This document shows, piece after piece, positions 44,021 to 52,908 of a stretch of 64,000 bases of DNA; position 1 is the first letter of the stretch, and each line of letters opens with the position of its first letter. Made by a program: the position numbers and the translations under genes. This DNA comes from an uncultured Acidobacteriota bacterium (GTDB lineage: Bacteria > Acidobacteriota > Thermoanaerobaculia > Multivoradales > UBA5704): NCBI GenBank assembly GCA_963770895.1, contig CAVYRF010000001.1, forward strand, positions 608,001-672,000, written 5' to 3'. The notes beneath the pieces are model-generated. The model was given only the letters and a program-made list of their open reading frames with translations, searched no databases and was not told the origin of the DNA.

Positions 44021-44239
44021 CCCCCCGTCCCGCGCCGCCCCATGGCGCGGCGTCCCGCTGCGCAGGGACGCTTGCGGGGTTCACAGTGCAGACGCGGGCG
44101 CCGGCGTCACGAAGGTCGGGAGGCGATCAGCGCGCGCCACCAACGCGGACACGAGACGCCAGACGGTGTGGCTGCGCCCTCTTGAAGAGCCTCCGCCGTA
44201 ATGGTCATCCGTATCCCAGCCTATGCGGCTGGCTGCTGC

Positions 44240-44495
44240 TCAACGGTAGACGTCACGGCGGTGTCCAACGTGGAGGACCGTGACCGTCCTCGAGGTGCCT
44301 TCGATATCATAGAGAACCCTGAAATCGTCAACACGAATCCGCCAGCCTTTCTCTGCCGCTGAGCTTGTGGCACCCAGGCGGCCGCGGCTCCTCAGCCAGG
44401 GACCGAATGGCGGCGCGCAGCCGCTCGTAGCTGTCGTGCGGCAAGCGCGTCAGTTCCTTCTGCGCTCTGGGCAGAAGGAAGAGGCTGTAGGTCAC
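44240..44495 (-). pseudogene. relE: RelE/ParE toxin with a +1 frameshift
   Basis: MTYSLFLLPRAQKEL...PRPPGCHKLSGRE, then WRIRVDDFRVLYDI...VGHRRDVYR in the next frame. There is an extra A in GAAAGG (44348-44350), and the span is 256 nt. Confidence 0.85.
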
Positions 44496-44695
44496 CTCCG
44501 CTGACTCTCGATTTCGTCGATCGCCTGCTCAAAGGGGATCGAGGTCTCGCCGCTGGCCTTGGCAGCATCGTATGCGCGGATCGATTCCAGCTCTTCGATT
44601 TCCCCGAGGAGGGCCTGGTAGTCGCGTAGATCCAGGACGACTCCTACTCGGTTGCCTTCGCCGTCGACCAGGAAGCTCTGAGGCTTGGGAATCAT
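44492..44695 (-). CDS. Antitoxin of the RelE module
   Basis: 67 aa; FLVDGEGNRVGVVLD...IPFEQAI; GTGA overlap with relE. Confidence 0.8.
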   Translation of the reverse strand: MIPKPQSFLVDGEGNRVGVVLDLRDYQALLGEIEELESIRAYDAAKASGETSIPFEQAIDEIESQRR

Positions 44696-44840
44696 CGGGG
44701 TTGTCTCCTCGCGCGATTCTACTGGTTCTGGCGAGGGAAGTCTCAGGCAGAAGCTGAGCGTATGGGTTGCCGGCCGCTGGGCGAAGATCGAGCTGGTGCT
44801 GCGGGCGCCGTCAATGGCCTCAGCGGCCGGCCGCCCAGCC

Positions 44841-44984
44841 CTACGGGGTGTGCAGAGCGTCAGTGCCGGAGACGTGAGCGAGGTGGGTCGGGCACGCCGA
44901 GCTGGCGCCTCCTGCGGCCTCTTTCCGCGGGAAACGATGGTCCAGAGGCAACAGGGTCTCTCTGCTGATCTTCAGCTTCTTCAT
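44841..44984 (-). CDS. RiPP precursor-like peptide 3 (47 aa, below the ORF-track cutoff)
   Basis: AAAGGA RBS; MKKLKISRETLLPLDHRFPRKEAAGG-ASSACPTHLAHVSGTDALHTP. Confidence 0.7.
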   Translation of the reverse strand: MKKLKISRETLLPLDHRFPRKEAAGGASSACPTHLAHVSGTDALHTP

Positions 44985-45114
44985 TTCGGGCGTCCTTTCG
45001 TGAGCAGCTCCCAGATTCGTACTTCTGCGATTCCAAACGCGCTTGCAGAAACAGGCGCTAAAAGAATGGGTGCAGAGTTGAGGTGGGAGTGAGACAAGCG
45101 CGGTCCGAGGTGGT

Positions 45115-45218
45115 GCAAATCCTTTTCGCGTGCCTCCGGGAGGTTAGCGACCCCTATCCGGCCGCTTTGGGCGGCTCACGACGAAAGCCCCCGGCTCTGC
45201 CGGGGGATGCACGGATCA
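45115..45218. mobile_element. Possible IS200/IS605-type miniature element or end remnant, no transposase
   Basis: ccgctttgggcgg hairpin followed by aagcccccggctctgccggggg hairpin, resembling IS200-family ends. Confidence 0.5.
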
Positions 45219-45257
45219 GGGAGACTTGTGACGCCCCGTAGCCGATGTCGGTGGCGG

Positions 45258-47189
45258 CTATGGAACGACCGGAAGGAACACGCTGCTTGAGGCGTCGCCA
45301 CCGCGATAGACGCTCTCGGTCGCAGCTTGGTAGTCGCCAGGCTTTGCATTGAAGATGTTGTCGACGTAGGTCTGGGGATTGCGGTCGTAGAGGGGGAACA
45401 GGCTGGACTGCACCTGAATCATGATCCTGTGGCCGGGCAGAAAGACATGGTCGACGTTGGGCAGGCCGAATCGGTATTCCTCGATCTTCCCGGGCACCAG
45501 GGCCTGGGGTTTGTCGCGCCCGTGTACGTAGCGGCCGCGGAAAATCTCGATGCCGATCGGTATCTCGGATCCCGCCATGACGGACCTGGAGCCTTGGTCG
45601 GCCGGTTCCGATGACGCATCCGGATACACGTCGATGACCTTGACCACCCAGTCGCTGTCGGTGCCGGACGTGGCGGCGAACAGATCGACCTGCGGAGCGC
45701 CCATGATGTGGACCGGCCTGTCGAGCGTCGCCGTCTGGTACGCCAGGACATCGGGGCGATCCGAGACGAAGCGCTGATCCTGCACGAGCCACGACTTCCA
45801 CTGGTTGCCGTCGGCCATGTTGATCGGGCGGGGAAGGAAAGGCACGGGCTTGGAAGGATCGGCGGAATAGTCGTCGTGGCCGCCGGCCGCGGGGGCGCTG
45901 AAGCTGGCCGTGAAGTGCTCGCCCAGATAGAGCGGCGTCAGCGTCCCCATCGGCCATCGCGGCGATCGCTCCCACCGATTGGTTCCTGTGGCATAGGTGA
46001 GCACCCGCGGCGTATGGGGATCCGGGCCCCCCTTGAGGTAGTGATCGAAGAACGGCTTCATGTACTCGACGCGGAATTCGTCGGCGGTATCGCCGGTGAA
46101 CGTCAGCGCTCCGAGGCCGTAGCCGTAGTGGTTGACGCCGGAATGACGCCACGGCCCGATCACCAGCGTCAGCATGTCGTGATTCACGTCCTTGGGCTCG
46201 AGCACCTTGTAGACGGCAGGCGCGCCGTAGGAGTCTTCCTGGTCCCATTGCCCGACCACCAGCATGGTCGGCACGGCGAGCGGCCTGGTTGCCATCCACT
46301 TGTCGACCGCCTGCAACGACCAGAAATCCGTATAGGCCGGATTGCGCATCAACTTCTGCATGAATGGGTACTGATCGATGCCCCACGCCCGAGCGTAGTC
46401 GCCGCTCGATCCGGTTTGCAGATAGCGCGTGTAGTCGTCGCCGACGCCGTGCGCCACCGCGCCACCTTCGGCCTTGGCGGTGCTCAGCTCGACGATGTAG
46501 TCCATCGTCGGATTGCGGAACGCTCCGTTGTGGAAATCGTCGTCGCCGATCCAGGTGTCGACCATGGGGCTCTGCGGCACGACAGCCTTCAGCGCCGGAT
46601 GCGGATCGATCTCGGCCATCAGCGCGGTGAAGCCGAGATAGCTGCTGCCGACGACGCCGACCTTCCCGTTGGACTCGGGGACGTGCTTCACCAGCCAGTC
46701 GATGGTGTCGTAGGCGTCGGTCGATTCATCGACCCGCGTGTGGTTCAGCGGGCCGATGATCGGCCGGGTCATGACGAACTCGCCCTCGGAGTGGTGCAGC
46801 CCGCGAATGTCCTGATAGACGCGGATGTAGTTGTCTTCCACGAACTCGGTGTCCATTGCCGGCAGGATTTCCGTGATCGACTGACTGCCTGTCCGCTCGG
46901 CCGATCCCTTCGCGTCGTAAGGCGTGCGCGACAGCAGGATGGGGCCGTCGTGAGTGCCCTTCTTCATGACGACCACGGTGTACAGCTTCACGCCGTCGCG
47001 CATCGGCACCATCTCCACGCGCTTGACGTAGTCGGCCTGCGGGCGGACCGCTTCGTAGTGCGCCACGACATCAGGCGTCATCGGAGTTGGTTCCGGTGGT
47101 GCCTGCGGCATGGTCGCGGCGACCGCCGAACCTTCCAGCGACAACGCGAACAGTGCAATCACTACGCTCAGATTCGATAGGTCTCTCAT
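45258..47189 (-). CDS. CocE/NonD family hydrolase (alpha-amino acid ester hydrolase / glutaryl-7-ACA acylase-like), secreted
   Basis: VPMRDGVKL, RTPY, QDIRG, GSSYLG, WDQED and GPWRH motifs. Confidence 0.93.
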   Translation of the reverse strand: MRDLSNLSVVIALFALSLEGSAVAATMPQAPPEPTPMTPDVVAHYEAVRPQADYVKRVEMVPMRDGVKLYTVVVMKKGTHDGPILLSRTPYDAKGSAERTGSQSITEILPAMDTEFVEDNYIRVYQDIRGLHHSEGEFVMTRPIIGPLNHTRVDESTDAYDTIDWLVKHVPESNGKVGVVGSSYLGFTALMAEIDPHPALKAVVPQSPMVDTWIGDDDFHNGAFRNPTMDYIVELSTAKAEGGAVAHGVGDDYTRYLQTGSSGDYARAWGIDQYPFMQKLMRNPAYTDFWSLQAVDKWMATRPLAVPTMLVVGQWDQEDSYGAPAVYKVLEPKDVNHDMLTLVIGPWRHSGVNHYGYGLGALTFTGDTADEFRVEYMKPFFDHYLKGGPDPHTPRVLTYATGTNRWERSPRWPMGTLTPLYLGEHFTASFSAPAAGGHDDYSADPSKPVPFLPRPINMADGNQWKSWLVQDQRFVSDRPDVLAYQTATLDRPVHIMGAPQVDLFAATSGTDSDWVVKVIDVYPDASSEPADQGSRSVMAGSEIPIGIEIFRGRYVHGRDKPQALVPGKIEEYRFGLPNVDHVFLPGHRIMIQVQSSLFPLYDRNPQTYVDNIFNAKPGDYQAATESVYRGGDASSSVFLPVVP

Positions 47190-47372
47190 GGCGTTGTCCC
47201 TTGCTGTGGAAGTTGCCTGCCGCGCATAGACGGCCGCGCTGGGCCGCATGGCGCGGGATCATATCAGCGGCCCTCGAACGAGGTGGCGGCGCGCTTGCGG
47301 GGGCCGTTGTTCCAGGTCGGGCAGCGCTGCTGGGCTAGCCTGGCCGGCGCATCTTAATGGTAGACTTTTACC

Positions 47373-47618
47373 ATGCGAACTACCATTGACGCCGCAGGTC
47401 GAGTTGTCATCCCCAAGGAGCTTCGTAGCCGGCTGGCTCTCGTCGGTGGCCAGGAGCTGGAGATCCGGGAACGCGAAGGCCGCATCGAGATTGAGCCGGC
47501 GGGGGCTTCGATGTCGCTGCGCAACGCCGGCGACGGCCCCGTTGCCGTCCCCTCCGAGGCGCTGCCGCCGCTCACAGACCAGATCGTCCGTGAAACCTTG
47601 GAGCGGGTCCGCCGTTGA
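47373..47618 (+). CDS. AbrB/MazE-type antitoxin
   Basis: MRTTIDAAGRVVIPKELR. Confidence 0.88.
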   Translation: MRTTIDAAGRVVIPKELRSRLALVGGQELEIREREGRIEIEPAGASMSLRNAGDGPVAVPSEALPPLTDQIVRETLERVRR

Positions 47619-48019
47619 TCGCCGTCGACTCCAGCATCGTCGTCGCGGCATTCGCTTCATGGCACGAAGGGCACCGTGCGGCCTTGGAGTGCCTGCGCCG
47701 CGATCCACGCCTGCCGGCGCACGCAGCCGTCGAAACCTTCTCTGTCATCACGCGGCTTCCTGCTCCCCACCGCGCCCCCGGCACATTGGTCGCCGAGTTC
47801 CTGCGCCAACGCTTTCGCGATCCTCTCCTCACCCTGCCGCCGAACAGCCACCTGCGGCTGATCGAGCAAGCGGCGGCAGCGGGGCTGGCCGGCGGTGCGA
47901 TCTACGATGCCTTGATCGCTGCCACGGCGGGCCGTGCCGGAGCTACCCTCCTGTCGCGCGACCATCGCGCGGCAGCGACCTACGAGGCGCTGGGCGTCGA
48001 GTATGAACTGGTGACCTGA
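47615..48019 (+). CDS. vapC: VapC PIN-domain toxin
   Basis: IAVDSSIVVA...GGAIYDALIAATA...LLSRD; TTGA overlap with the antitoxin. Confidence 0.9.
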   Translation: MIAVDSSIVVAAFASWHEGHRAALECLRRDPRLPAHAAVETFSVITRLPAPHRAPGTLVAEFLRQRFRDPLLTLPPNSHLRLIEQAAAAGLAGGAIYDALIAATAGRAGATLLSRDHRAAATYEALGVEYELVT

Positions 48020-48067
48020 GGTCGCGATTGTGTTCGCGATTGCGGCTTGGTTCAGTACAGGCGCGCG

Positions 48068-48724
48068 CTAGGGACGACGAGCCTTCGCCACCAGTGCCGT
48101 GAGTCGAGAGTCGCCCTTCTTGTCGGCCAGCAGCTTCTTCGCGGTTTCCGGGCTGATCCGGGCGCCCGCCGCGATCAACGCCTCGGCGGCGTCGTAGTTG
48201 CCGACCAGAAGGGCCATGCTCAATGACGTGTGGCCAAGCGACGTCCGAAAGTTCATGTCGGCACCGGCGCGCAGCAGACGGCGCACCACCGGCGCCGGGC
48301 ACTCCTGCGCCGCTACCATCAGTGCGCTGAGCTCGCTGGGGGCTGGATCGTTGACCCTCGCGCCGTGCGTCAACAGCAGATCGACCATCGCCAAGGTGAC
48401 CTGGGGGGCGCTGCTGCGGGAGCAGGCGCTGGCGGCGAGCCGCAGCACCGGCTTGGGCAGGTCGCGGGTGTCGTTGACGTCGACGCCGGCCGACAGCAGG
48501 GCTTCCACGGTCTCGAGGTCGCCGTTCATGATGGGCATGACCAGGTTGTCGCCGGCCAGCGCCAGGTGATTGGTGTCGAGAAAGGCGAGCGCCTCCGCAT
48601 GGCTCATGTGGGGCTCCGGCGCCATCTCGTCGGTCGGCACGACGGTGGGTGCAGCGGCGAGCGTGGTGCAAGACAAAGCGCAGAGGACCATCGTGGCGAG
48701 CAGACCGCGTTTCGTGATGCTCAT
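48068..48724 (-). CDS. Secreted ankyrin-repeat protein
   Basis: Signal peptide; VEALLSAGVDVN, LLLTHGARVN and LLRAGADMN repeats. Confidence 0.85.
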   Translation of the reverse strand: MSITKRGLLATMVLCALSCTTLAAAPTVVPTDEMAPEPHMSHAEALAFLDTNHLALAGDNLVMPIMNGDLETVEALLSAGVDVNDTRDLPKPVLRLAASACSRSSAPQVTLAMVDLLLTHGARVNDPAPSELSALMVAAQECPAPVVRRLLRAGADMNFRTSLGHTSLSMALLVGNYDAAEALIAAGARISPETAKKLLADKKGDSRLTALVAKARRP

Positions 48725-48726
48725 TC

Positions 48727-49782
48727 TTACCTCGTCGCCCGGCGGATCAGGGCGCGTTTCCTGGCATCGGTGGGAAGCTCGAAGAACAGTTTGTCGATCG
48801 ACGCCTGGCTGATCCGCGCACCGTGCGCCACCAGGGTCTCGGCAACGTCCCAGCGGCCGTTGGCGAAGGCCAGGTGCAGCGCCGAATAGCCTTGGGCGTT
48901 GACGGTGCCGACCGGTGCCCCAGCGGCGATCAGCCGCTCGACCACCGGCACGGGGCAGAGAACAGCGCCCATCAGCAGGGTGCTGCCGCCAGCATCGTGC
49001 TTGACGTCGGCGCCGCGCTCGATGAGCACCTGCAGCGTCGCCAGGCGCGTCGCTACGCTCGCCACGTCGCCGATGCAGCCGGCGCCCGCCGCTTCGCTAA
49101 CCGCGCGCCGGCCGAACTCGCTGGCGTTGACGTCGACCCCTACCTCGAGCAGCGCCAGGACCAGCTCGGTATCTGCGTGCTCGGCCGCCTGCAGCAGGGT
49201 GGAAGTCGAAATGGTCTCGTCGCGGCCGCGGATATATTCGAGCGCCGCCTTCTCCGTGGCTGGCGAAGCCGCCGGTGGCGGAGCCACGTCGCTCGGCGAA
49301 CGTGACTGCTTCCACTCGGCGAGCAGCACACCAGCGAAGGCCAGGTCTTGCCTGTCGGGGCCGGTCTCGGCCTTGCCGATGGCGATTCCCTGGTCGAGCA
49401 CGGTGTCGGCGACGTTCAGGCTGCGCAACGCCATCAGGGCGGAGGCGCGTACTTCCGACAGCGTCCTGCTGCTGGCCACGGCGAGCAGGATCGGCGGCGC
49501 CGCCTGACGCAGATAAGCCTTCGCCGGCCCTGGACTCGACCCGTCGTGGCGGCCCAGCCAGTCGACGGCCCGAATGAGGTCGCTCTGCCCACGCGGATTG
49601 CGCGTCGCAGCGAGCCGATCGAGGAGCGGCGCGAGGTCACGCTGAGGATCGACCGCAAGCTTCCTCACCGCCTCCTTCGCCTGTTGGATCAGGTCCTCCG
49701 TGCTCGGCGACGGCGCTGACACCGCCGAAACCGCCGCGGCCAAGAGCAAGGCTCCGGCGCACCCTGCAATCCGCTTGGTCAT
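48727..49782 (-). CDS. Secreted protein with a helical N-terminus and C-terminal ankyrin repeats
   Basis: Own purine-rich RBS and ATG at 49782; signal peptide; LLEVGVDVN, LIERGADVK and SALHLAF repeats. Confidence 0.8.
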   Translation of the reverse strand: MTKRIAGCAGALLLAAAVSAVSAPSPSTEDLIQQAKEAVRKLAVDPQRDLAPLLDRLAATRNPRGQSDLIRAVDWLGRHDGSSPGPAKAYLRQAAPPILLAVASSRTLSEVRASALMALRSLNVADTVLDQGIAIGKAETGPDRQDLAFAGVLLAEWKQSRSPSDVAPPPAASPATEKAALEYIRGRDETISTSTLLQAAEHADTELVLALLEVGVDVNASEFGRRAVSEAAGAGCIGDVASVATRLATLQVLIERGADVKHDAGGSTLLMGAVLCPVPVVERLIAAGAPVGTVNAQGYSALHLAFANGRWDVAETLVAHGARISQASIDKLFFELPTDARKRALIRRATR

Positions 49783-49884
49783 GAAATCCCCCTGGACGCC
49801 CGCCAAAGCCTGCGTCAAATTATAGAGGAAGTCCGATCGAGCCGGGCGGGGTGACGGTGACGATGGTTGCCCCCGACCGCGCCG

Positions 49885-50220
49885 CGCCTGTCCCTCGAGG
49901 TCAGCCGGCGAGCATGCTGCGGCGATGAGATGGATTTCTTCGATCATGCGCCCGATTGGCTGGGCGGTGTTGACCTCGATCACGCCGCTCATCGGGACGC
50001 CCGCGCGAACGCGCGCCCAAGCGGCGGCCGTCATCGTGCTGACATCATGAGTCAGTACGACGCGACTCTCGTGCATGGCCCACTCCAGCACGGAGTCGTC
50101 GTCGGACTCTGCAAGCGGGGTGTCCTGCACTCGGATCAAGTCGAGCCCGGGAAGGATGCGAAGCAGACCTCGGACGATCCGGCCGTCAAAGTTCTCGTCG
50201 GCTGCGAACCGCAGTGTCAA
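49885..50220 (-). CDS. DUF5615 PIN-like toxin; C-terminus and stop apparently lost
   Basis: LRFAADENFD...VVLTHDVSTM...GVIEV; reads through in frame into the ankyrin gene. Confidence 0.75.
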
Positions 50221-50564
50221 GTCGAGCCGGCCCTGGTCTGGTCTATTCGGGCGAGGAGCCGCTCGCGCAGCTCCTGGTACTCGGGCCGATCCTCGATCTG
50301 ACGCCGCAGGTCCGCGTGCACCAGCGCCCGCTTCGACAGGTACTCCTCGACCTCGGGGCGATGCCGCAGGTAGTAGGCGATGACTGCGTAGGTATCCGGC
50401 AGTGATACAGGTGGGTAGTCCTGCACGATCTCCTCGGCTGTCGCTCCGCGCTTGAATGCCCCCACGACGGTGTCGAGTGTGAGGCGGGTTCCTTCAATGC
50501 GGATGGCCGAGCCGTCGTCAGGGAAAACCAGCGGCACGGGGTCGAGCGCGGCCGGACGGTGCAT
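50217..50564 (-). CDS. DUF433 antitoxin
   Basis: IRIEGTRLTLDTVV...GATAEEIVQDYP...YAVIAYYL. Confidence 0.88.
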   Translation of the reverse strand: MHRPAALDPVPLVFPDDGSAIRIEGTRLTLDTVVGAFKRGATAEEIVQDYPPVSLPDTYAVIAYYLRHRPEVEEYLSKRALVHADLRRQIEDRPEYQELRERLLARIDQTRAGST

Positions 50565-50644
50565 GGAACGATTATACCGCTCGCATCCTCTGGTGGGACT
50601 GTTGGTGGAGCTCAGAAAGCAGGCGCACAGTAATTAGCTGGAAG

Positions 50645-50760
50645 CCAGTGACTCGCCAATGGCGCCGCTGGCGGCCCAGGCAAGGGCGGCTTCTGGGGCT
50701 TCTGCGGCTTTTGCAGCGTGGTGTCAGCCGAAGGCAGCTGCCGCGTGCAGGCCGGCGGTA
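50645..50760. repeat. Degenerate duplicate of the 3' end of the GT4 gene (matches 52920-53026)
   Basis: gactcgccaat...ggcggcccagg...cttctgcggcttttgc...gccgaaggcagctgccgcgtgcaggccggcggta occurs at both sites. Confidence 0.85.
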
Positions 50761-50913
50761 GCCGCCAGGAGAGGTCGCCCTTCCCATTTCAGCCCCCCCG
50801 GCCCGAGCGCGGTCGCGCCGCCAGGCGCGCCGCGGTTGGGCCAACCAACGCCCTGCGCGCAAGCGTGCCGGTGCGCAGGCGTCCCCACGCCGGCGGCGGA
50901 GGGCTGCTACCCT

Positions 50914-51290
50914 CTAATTCTGAAACGAAGGCGGCTCAGTCGCCGGCCGTTGCCAATGTGCCTTGATATAGCTCCGGAGGACGGTGGTGGCGCTAAGCCC
51001 GACTGTGCCCTGCCGCACTGCATCTTCGAGTTGCTGCCATACCATCTGCATCTGCTCGCGCGCGCTCTGGCCGCCGCCCTCACTGTCAAGCAGGGATAGC
51101 TCCTGGGCAGCCCGCCGGCAGACCGCGATCGCTTCCGGCAGGCGCTCGCTGCGCAGAAAGAAGCCGAAGAGATACGCGAGGTCCAGGAAGAAGTCCTTGA
51201 CCAGCCCTTGGTCAAGGTCAGCGGCGATCACCTCCTGAAACAGCCGTTCCGCTTTCTTTGGGCGCCCGAGATGTTCGAGCCCCAGCCGCC
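50914..51290 (-). pseudogene. C-terminal remnant of a TPR-like protein
   Basis: LGRPKKAERLFQEVI...FFLDLAYL...EAIAVCRRA...YIKAHW; no credible start codon. Confidence 0.55.
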
Positions 51291-52668
51291 CGGCCGCGCA
51301 GATGCCGCGGAGACGCGGCACCTTTCGGCAGACCTCCTCCGGCGCTTCCTCGCGGAGCGGGTCTCGGCGCCCGAGCGGCAACGGATCGTACGCCACCTCC
51401 TGACCCGATGCCCTGACTGCTTCGCCATTGCCGAGCGGATCACGGCGGAGGCGGGATACTGGGCCGGCAAGGGCAGCGCGGATGAGCGTGTCGACCGCGA
51501 CTATACCGAAGCGTTCCAGTCCGCGTTCCGGTTTGCAACCGAGGGTGCACGGCGCCTGGCCGTGGAGCGCCTGTGCGGCTGGGCGCACTGGTCGGCCCTG
51601 GACCCGCTTCTGCCACAGGAGCGGCTCGCGGCCGTGATCACGCAGAGGGACTGGCACCATTGGGGACTCTTCCAGGCGCTGCTCGACGCCGCCCATTGGT
51701 ACAGCTCCCGCGACCCCCATGAGGCGGCAGATATCGCAGCGCTCGCGCTCGACGTCGCCGACCTCCTGGACCCAATGGTGGTCGGCGGCGAGGCGGCGGC
51801 CAACGACATGCGCGCGCGGGCATGGGTTCTGCTCGCCGACTGCCGCCGGCTTGCGGCCGATTTCGAAGGCGCTCGCGCCGCCATCGCGGAAGCATGGAAA
51901 TGGCATGAGGAAGGTGCGGGCGAGCCGCTCGACAAGGCGCGGATCTACAGCTCTGACGCGTCCTATGCCGGGATTGTCGGCGAGTTCGAGACCGCGACCG
52001 TGATCCTCGAGAAAGCCCTCTTCCTCTATCGCGGCGCGGCGGACCCGCACCTCCAGGGACGGACGCTCGTTCAGATGGCCCGCATGATCGGCTAGGTCGA
52101 CCCCGACCAGGGCATCTCCCACCTTGAACAGGCTTTAGAGCTCATCAACCCGGTGCGCGAACCGCGCCTCGCGCTCTGCGCGGAGCACTGCCTGGCGGAG
52201 CTCCTGTGTGGCGCCGGGCGGCCCGACGAGGCGCTCGCCATCCTGGACCGCGTTCGCCCTCTCTACCGGCAGTTCCCGGATGAGTGGGCGCAAGTGCGGC
52301 TGCACTGGCTCCAGGGCCGGATCACCCACGCGTTCGGGCGATTCGCCGAGGCGGCGGACATCTTGCGCCAGGTGCAGGACGAGCTCCGCGCCGGAGGCTT
52401 GCACCAGGACTTCCTCCTGGCATCGATCGACCTGATGGAAGCCCATGCGGCGCTCGGCGAGACGGCGACCGCCCTGCGCCTCGCCGCCGAGGTCACCCCG
52501 CTGCTTGCCAGCTGGAACCCGCACCGGAGCGCCACCGGCGCCTGGCTTATCTTGCAGAAGGCGCTGCAGGAGGAGAGCGATGCCCGCCTCGCGGGCGGCC
52601 TCTTCGCACGGCTGCGCCTCTGTTACCGCCGCTACTGGCATGTATCCGACGCAGAGTTCTCAATCTGA
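51271..52668 (+). pseudogene. Zinc-finger (HxxxCxxC) plus TPR-like protein interrupted by an in-frame TAG
   Basis: HLSADLLRRF...HLLTRCPDC. The ORFs ending at 52095 and 52668 share one frame across TAG 52093-52095 (MIG*VDPDQGISHLEQAL). Confidence 0.8.
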
Positions 52669-52908
52669 CCAGCAGTCCCTTCCCCTTCACATTCTGTGCA
52701 GAAAGCGCGAATTTTTTGTGCTTAGAGGTATGGCGACCATCACCAGCGGATATGTGCAGATACCGCAAATTTCTTCAGCGTGGGCAGGAAGGAAAAGGTG
52801 CGCGGCAGCGTATGGTGTCGCCGTGTCCTGTGCATATTTTGTGTAAAAAATGTGAATTTCTTCGGGACTGGCAGCAATCTTCCGCCCCGGCACTCGGGCG
52901 GGCAGCCG

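Noticed and set aside
48727-50220. Genuine 497-aa PIN-ankyrin fusion protein
   Set aside because: An internal RBS, ATG and signal peptide at 49782, plus a non-coding-like linker, indicate two genes.
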